From Oceanispirochaeta sp. (GTDB lineage Bacteria > Spirochaetota > Spirochaetia > DSM-2461): a stretch of 64,000 nucleotides of DNA. Below the pieces are notes generated by a model. The model worked only from the letters and a program-made list of their open reading frames with translations. It was not told the origin of the DNA and ran no database searches. Of the stretch, positions 59,022 to 64,000 are shown one piece after another. Numbering within the stretch: the first letter of the stretch is position 1; the number at the start of each line of letters is the position of its first letter. Both the position numbers and the translations under genes were made by a program. The DNA lies in the NCBI GenBank assembly GCA_963663385.2, contig CAXXXD010000002.1:1696001-1760000 (forward strand), read 5' to 3'.

Positions 59022-60092
59022 TCAGCCGTTATAATCCAGTATAACCCTGCTGAGAGACGATTCTCCCGCCAGATCCTGGCCAATCTCCCAGATAAAAACA
59101 CCTTCGATATTATGATCTGAAGCCAGCTGCATTTTCCGGGCGATTGTTTCGGGTCCGTTAAAATAAAATCCCCCTGCTTCATCCTGCCAGGGGGCTGGCG
59201 TGAAATCCCGGACAATTTCCCTGTAGCTCTGACTTTTATTCCAGTATTCCGGTGAGAATCCGTCAAATATCCGGCCGTAGAAGGGGAGCCCCATTACGAT
59301 CTTTTCCGGCGGGATTTCATACCGGGTCAGCATAAACTCCAGGGCTTCCAGTGTTCCTTCCCAGGTGGAATGGCGGCCGTAGAAATCGTAGGCCATAAGG
59401 TTGATACTATCGGGGATTTTATAGGTTTCGGCCGGAAGCAGTCTGTAACGGCTGACAGCCATGCTGAGAGTTTTTTTATTTCTGTCGGCGATAATCTTTA
59501 TATCTTTCATAAAATCCAGATGCAGCTGTTTTTCCTCATCATTCCGGGGGAATTCCCAGTCAAGATCAATGCCGGAAATATTATATTCCTCCATCAGGCA
59601 TTCTATAGCTTCCAGGGTCTGTCTGCGCTTCGCTTCATCTGTGATCAGGGGAAGAATCTCAGTTGAAGAACCGGCCAGGCAGAGCGACATCTTTCTGTTG
59701 TACAGGGACACAATACGGGAGAGGTATTTCAGGTTTTCCCTGTCCTGCTGTTCAATTTCCAGGATATCCTCTTCGGAGAACCGGATGGTAAAGTAAAAAA
59801 ACTCGCTGAAACTGCCCATCAGATACTCACCCCGGGATTCCCTGTAATCTACGGGAAGTATCCTCTTCCGCTCGACAAAGGCATTTTTTCCGGAGGGGAA
59901 GGGGTTCATATCATACCAGGGCATACCTCCCTGAACTGTGCCGGGAAAGAGCTGCTGCATCCGGTATTCGGGCAGATAGGTTTTCCGTTCGGGGATCATA
60001 CCCGATTCACCGGAAAGGGTTGATCCGAAACAAAGAAAAGTAAAAAAAAGGATAAATATATTAACTCTGTTAAAGAGGAATGTTCGTTTCAT
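59022..60092 (-). CDS. Glycoside hydrolase family 18 protein (chitinase-like), exported
   Basis: GIDLDWEFP (DxDxE), LMAYD, GLPFYGR, IWEIGQD; N-terminal signal. Confidence 0.9.
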   Translation of the reverse strand: MKRTFLFNRVNIFILFFTFLCFGSTLSGESGMIPERKTYLPEYRMQQLFPGTVQGGMPWYDMNPFPSGKNAFVERKRILPVDYRESRGEYLMGSFSEFFYFTIRFSEEDILEIEQQDRENLKYLSRIVSLYNRKMSLCLAGSSTEILPLITDEAKRRQTLEAIECLMEEYNISGIDLDWEFPRNDEEKQLHLDFMKDIKIIADRNKKTLSMAVSRYRLLPAETYKIPDSINLMAYDFYGRHSTWEGTLEALEFMLTRYEIPPEKIVMGLPFYGRIFDGFSPEYWNKSQSYREIVRDFTPAPWQDEAGGFYFNGPETIARKMQLASDHNIEGVFIWEIGQDLAGESSLSRVILDYNG

Positions 60093-60207
60093 GATTTGAG
60101 TATTATAGTGGAGCCTTTTCTGCAGGTAAAGTAGGGCCCGGCATTTACAAAACCTCCCGATTTTTTCATAATCAAAGCTGTGTTGAACTAAGAGGGGTGC
60201 AGGGATA

Positions 60208-60543
60208 ATGAATATACAGATAATCGGAACAAAAAAATGCAGTGATACCAGAAAGGCACACCGTTTCTTTCAGGACAGAGGAATTAAATTCCATACTCTG
60301 GACCTGAAGGAAAAGGGGCTCAGCAAGGGAGAGCTGAAAAGTATCCTGGCAAAGGTTTCTGCAGAGGATCTGGTTGATACGGAGGCTCCTCTTTATAAAA
60401 AGAAATTCGCCTATATGGATTTTGATGCGGAGGAAGAGCTTCTGGAACACCCCGAACTGATCCGCACTCCCGTTGTCCGGAGTGAAGGGCGTGTAACAGT
60501 CGGCTATGATCCGGACAGCTGGAAGTCCTGGTTTGAAGGCTGA
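60208..60543 (+). CDS. ArsC/Spx-family protein
   Basis: KKCSDTRKA..FF, P.LIRTPVV, TVGY. Confidence 0.88.
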   Translation: MNIQIIGTKKCSDTRKAHRFFQDRGIKFHTLDLKEKGLSKGELKSILAKVSAEDLVDTEAPLYKKKFAYMDFDAEEELLEHPELIRTPVVRSEGRVTVGYDPDSWKSWFEG

Positions 60544-61333
60544 CAAGACTGGACCACGGTTCGCCGTTCTGGGGAGCGGATCTGCCGCCAACGGGTATAT
60601 TTTCGAATATGATAACTTCTCTTTTCTGGTGGATAACGGGTATTCCCTGGCAGAATTCCGTCGACGGATGCGTGCCGTGCAGTTTGAAGAAACCCGGTTG
60701 GCTTTCATTTTCCTGACCCACCTGCACAGTGATCATTTCAAAGGTGTAGAGTCACTATCCCATGCCCTGAGCATTCCGGTTGTTACCCATGAGCAGATGC
60801 CGGTGGAGCAGCATCTGAAAAAAAACGGTCTGCATCGCCTGGATATACTTACGGGAAGGGATTATGATTTCCCGCCCCTCCGTTTCAGAGCATTCGAAAC
60901 ATTCCATGATGCTCCTCATTCCATCGGGTTTCACTTTACCATGGGAGAGCAGGTTTTTACTCTGATTACGGATACTGGCTGTATCAGTGATGAAATGGAA
61001 AATCTGGCTCTTGCTTCGGACTACCTGTTTCTGGAATCCAACTACTCCCCCGATATGCTTCACAGGGGACCTTATCCCCAGTTCCTGAAGAACAGGATTC
61101 TTTCCGGGCAGGGACACCTTTCAAATCTTGATGCAGCCGCTTTTATGAGCCGTCTGGCAAACAATGACAAATCCCGCCTGAAAAAAATAATTCTCTGTCA
61201 TTTATCCGAAAAGAATAATACAGTAGAAAAAGTAAAGGAAGAAGTGAATCGTTTGTACGACGGGGCTATCCCCTATGTTATATGCCCCCGAAACGATTTC
61301 CTGAAACATGACGCATTAATTCAGACCGCCTGA
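60506..61333 (+). CDS. MBL-fold metallo-hydrolase (YycJ/WalJ-like); start possibly TTG 60533
   Basis: LGSGSAAN, THLHSDH, HDA, TDTG, LESNY, GHLSN, HLSEKNN. Confidence 0.9.
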   Translation: MIRTAGSPGLKADKTGPRFAVLGSGSAANGYIFEYDNFSFLVDNGYSLAEFRRRMRAVQFEETRLAFIFLTHLHSDHFKGVESLSHALSIPVVTHEQMPVEQHLKKNGLHRLDILTGRDYDFPPLRFRAFETFHDAPHSIGFHFTMGEQVFTLITDTGCISDEMENLALASDYLFLESNYSPDMLHRGPYPQFLKNRILSGQGHLSNLDAAAFMSRLANNDKSRLKKIILCHLSEKNNTVEKVKEEVNRLYDGAIPYVICPRNDFLKHDALIQTA

Positions 61334-61370
61334 TTATTTCTATAAGATAAAATAAATAAAGGAGTTTGAT

Positions 61371-63365
61371 ATGGCATTTGAAAAGCAGAAGTTCTGGTCA
61401 TTTATTGAGGAGACCTTGCCGGAAATCCGGAATTTTCTGGAAAGCTCGGATAAAAGTACGAGTCATCTGAGTAAAGAGGAACAGGCCATATGGGACTTCC
61501 TTTTAATCCTGTCGGGCAGAATGGGTGAGAATCCGTCTGCCGGATCAAATGAGTTTATGATAGCTGCGGCAGGGAAAATAACCCGGGAATGGGACATCCT
61601 CTGCCGGGACAACCCTGAACTCTGCGAACAGGCGGAGAGATTAATAACTGAAAACAGGAATGCCTCACCGGAGAAGAAACAGGAAGCGCTTATGGCTTTT
61701 CTCTTCCCGGAGATCAATTTCGCCGGAGGAGATGTTCAGGCTCAGCAGGATGAGGTAAGAAGACGGCGGACTGTCAAAATCCATGAGCTGAATCCCCGGC
61801 CCATCAAAAACCCGGCAGATGAGATCCTTTTTACTTCCAATGTTCTGTTGACGGTCCCTCCGGAAAATTATTATGACAAGCTTGATCCGGCCATGCGGGA
61901 GAGGGCCCGGAGGGTGGCCGATGAAAATCAGCAGTACTGGTTTGACCATCCCATTCTGATGGGAGTTGAGACGGATGCCAACGAGATGATCTACGGTCTT
62001 CGCGGTCTGGCGGAAACCCTTGAATTCGAAAAAGAGCAGGGGAATGCCGCTCCCGATGCGGAAATGACCGTTCTGCTCTCCCTGTCGGTAACCCATAAGG
62101 GGCTGAAGGATCTGGCTCACGAGTATCTGGCGGATGAACTGAAAAAGGCCGGCAGCCTGGAAGGGTTGAAGGTTTATCTGTTTTCCGAAGAAGATACGGC
62201 TTTTCTTTCCGCCAGTCTGAGCCGCTTGTCCGATGTACCCGGAGCAGAGCAGGCTATTGCTCATGTATTTGGTGTGGACGGCCGTTACGGCAGACACTAC
62301 AGCTTTCTCAAAGCCATTGCTCCCTTGTGGGCTCTTTGTATGGATCCCCGGGTTAAGGGTACCTTTAAAATAGACCTGGATCAGGTCTTTCCGGAAAAGG
62401 AGCTGATGGAACAGACCGGTCAAACCGCCTTTCAGCACTTTCAGACCCCTCTCTGGGGAGCCAGCGGCACGGACAGCTCCGGCCGGGAAGTAGCCCTGGG
62501 GATGATTGCGGGAGCTCTGGTAAACGAAAAGGATATCCATAAGGGTGTTTTTACCCCGGATGTCCCCCTCCCGGAAGAAGACGCGCCCCTGAAAGGGGAA
62601 ACCAGAATTTTTAACAAACAGCAGGCTATGGCCGTTTCAACAAGAGGGGAGATGATGACCCGTTATACTCCCGAACTGTTCCCCGGTCATCCCGATGGCA
62701 GGACAACCTGCATCAGCCGTGTTCATGTAACGGGAGGAACGAACGGTATACTCTGCGATACCCTGAGGCAGTTCCGGCCCTTTACCCCCGGTTTTATAGG
62801 AAGGGCGGAGGACCAGGCGTATCTGCTGTCTGTTTTACTGGGGAATCCGGCGGGGGACCAGGCGGGGCCCCTGATGCGCTATGTCCATGAATCCGGCCTG
62901 ATTATGCGCCATGATAAGGAGGCCTTTGCAGGAGATGCCATTGCCGCCGCCAAACTGGGAACCTGGATCGGTGATCTGTTACGGCAGCTGCACTTCAGTT
63001 TTTATGCCCGTTTTCTTAAAGGCGGAGTGGATGCGGTCAAGGAGGAACTGGACCCTTTTACGGGGTGCTTTATTACGCCCTTTCCCTATACCATGATCTT
63101 TCTGCGTCTTATTTTAAAGGTATTGGATGAACCGGAAAACCGGAACAATCTTCTGGACCTGGCGGCCCGCCGTCTGGGACCCTTTATAAGAGGGGAAGAG
63201 GGCACCGAATCCGTCATGAAGGCATGGATGGCGGAAAGGGAAGGGTGGGACCTCTACTATGATTCCCTGGATATACTTGAGAGCGAGCTGGAGGAATCCG
63301 GCGGGACAGGAGAAGAGGTTAAAGGGGCAATCCGGAGAAGGCTGGAACACTGCCGGATATGCTGA
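61371..63365 (+). CDS. Hypothetical protein, possible GT-A-fold nucleotide-sugar enzyme
   Basis: AAGGAG RBS; FKIDLDQ (DxD), TGGTNG, GRAED, RHDK in GT-A order. Confidence 0.65.
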   Translation: MAFEKQKFWSFIEETLPEIRNFLESSDKSTSHLSKEEQAIWDFLLILSGRMGENPSAGSNEFMIAAAGKITREWDILCRDNPELCEQAERLITENRNASPEKKQEALMAFLFPEINFAGGDVQAQQDEVRRRRTVKIHELNPRPIKNPADEILFTSNVLLTVPPENYYDKLDPAMRERARRVADENQQYWFDHPILMGVETDANEMIYGLRGLAETLEFEKEQGNAAPDAEMTVLLSLSVTHKGLKDLAHEYLADELKKAGSLEGLKVYLFSEEDTAFLSASLSRLSDVPGAEQAIAHVFGVDGRYGRHYSFLKAIAPLWALCMDPRVKGTFKIDLDQVFPEKELMEQTGQTAFQHFQTPLWGASGTDSSGREVALGMIAGALVNEKDIHKGVFTPDVPLPEEDAPLKGETRIFNKQQAMAVSTRGEMMTRYTPELFPGHPDGRTTCISRVHVTGGTNGILCDTLRQFRPFTPGFIGRAEDQAYLLSVLLGNPAGDQAGPLMRYVHESGLIMRHDKEAFAGDAIAAAKLGTWIGDLLRQLHFSFYARFLKGGVDAVKEELDPFTGCFITPFPYTMIFLRLILKVLDEPENRNNLLDLAARRLGPFIRGEEGTESVMKAWMAEREGWDLYYDSLDILESELEESGGTGEEVKGAIRRRLEHCRIC

Positions 63366-63383
63366 TTTCTTCCTGTTAAATTT

Positions 63384-64000
63384 TCAGTCGTTCAGTTCCA
63401 TTTCAAATATCAGCTTCATCAGCTGCTGGTGCCAGTTTTCCGGATCCGGTTCAATATGACTGAACAGCTGGCCACCTGCCATTTCCTTGTGGCCGCCGCC
63501 CCGTCCGATTCCCCTGATAAACTTTTTCAGAATGAGAGAGGCATGGCGGTCGGGCCAGCTGTTCCGGAAAGATAGATTTATCGTATTGTTGTTCCGGGCG
63601 AAAAGGCAGACAAACTGAACTTCATTCAAAGATAGGATAAAGTCTCCCAGAATTCCCAGCAGGTTCTGGGGACAGCCCTCGGGAAGGTAGCAGAAGGCTA
63701 TTCCCTTCTCGTAACGGATCTCCTCAATTATGGAGCGGAAAAACTTCAGATCCGACAGCTGAATGTTATTCCTTAAAATATCGTTTACCACCGTATGGTC
63801 CGCATAGGCAAAAAGGTGATGAAAGGCATCCAGGTCCATCTCCGTTACCCCTCTGGTGTACAGGTCCGTATCCCGGGCCAGTCCGATCAGCAGGGCCGAG
63901 GCCGCTTCCCGCGAGGGGATTATATTCTGTTCTCTGAAGTATTCACTGATGATGGAGGAGCAGGAGCCGTATTCCGGCCGGATATCCGCAAAAACAACAT
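63384..64000 (-). CDS. DHH/DHHA1-family phosphoesterase (C-terminal part; starts beyond window end)
   Basis: The frame extends past the track ORF: DIRPEYGSCSSII...ASALLIGLARDT...SFRN...GGGHKEMAGG. Confidence 0.85.
   Translation of the reverse strand, partial: VVFADIRPEYGSCSSIISEYFREQNIIPSREAASALLIGLARDTDLYTRGVTEMDLDAFHHLFAYADHTVVNDILRNNIQLSDLKFFRSIIEEIRYEKGIAFCYLPEGCPQNLLGILGDFILSLNEVQFVCLFARNNNTINLSFRNSWPDRHASLILKKFIRGIGRGGGHKEMAGGQLFSHIEPDPENWHQQLMKLIFEMELND

Noticed and set aside
15061..64000. cdaA and the DHH phosphoesterase as one c-di-AMP module
   Set aside because: They are ~48 kb apart, and the substrate of the partial DHH protein cannot be inferred

Overview
Core chromosomal DNA, probably from a free-living Spirochaetales bacterium. 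This is inferred from cfpA and the spirochaete-type folP-cdaA-cdaR-acpS-DUF2225-truA-UDG-priA-def-fmt-PASTA gene order. About 48 CDS, mostly housekeeping: galK/galT/LacI, manA, fprA, parE/parC, ilvBN, cmoAB, gltBD. I found no rRNA, tRNA, CRISPR array, transposase or prophage. The most interesting feature is the cytoplasmic-filament locus. cfpA appears co-transcribed with (i) a protein carrying a cryptic C-terminal HPr-like domain that keeps the His15-equivalent, and (ii) a PPDK homologue whose ATP-grasp residues are lost while the phospho-His and PEP-binding residues are intact. Together these suggest an Enzyme-I/HPr-like PEP phosphorelay attached to the cytoskeleton. Directly upstream is a bitopic membrane protein with an (AGAGET)x~25 tandem-repeat linker and an apparently circularly permuted LysM, a candidate filament-to-peptidoglycan anchor. 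Other observations: a putative sigma28-driven sRNA with an anti-Shine-Dalgarno loop, many apparently leaderless genes, a probable CTG-initiated lipoprotein, degenerate UDG- and HEPN-like proteins, LoaP in front of gltBD, and REP-like repeats. All family assignments are by-eye motif recognition against remembered reference sequences; no searches were run.
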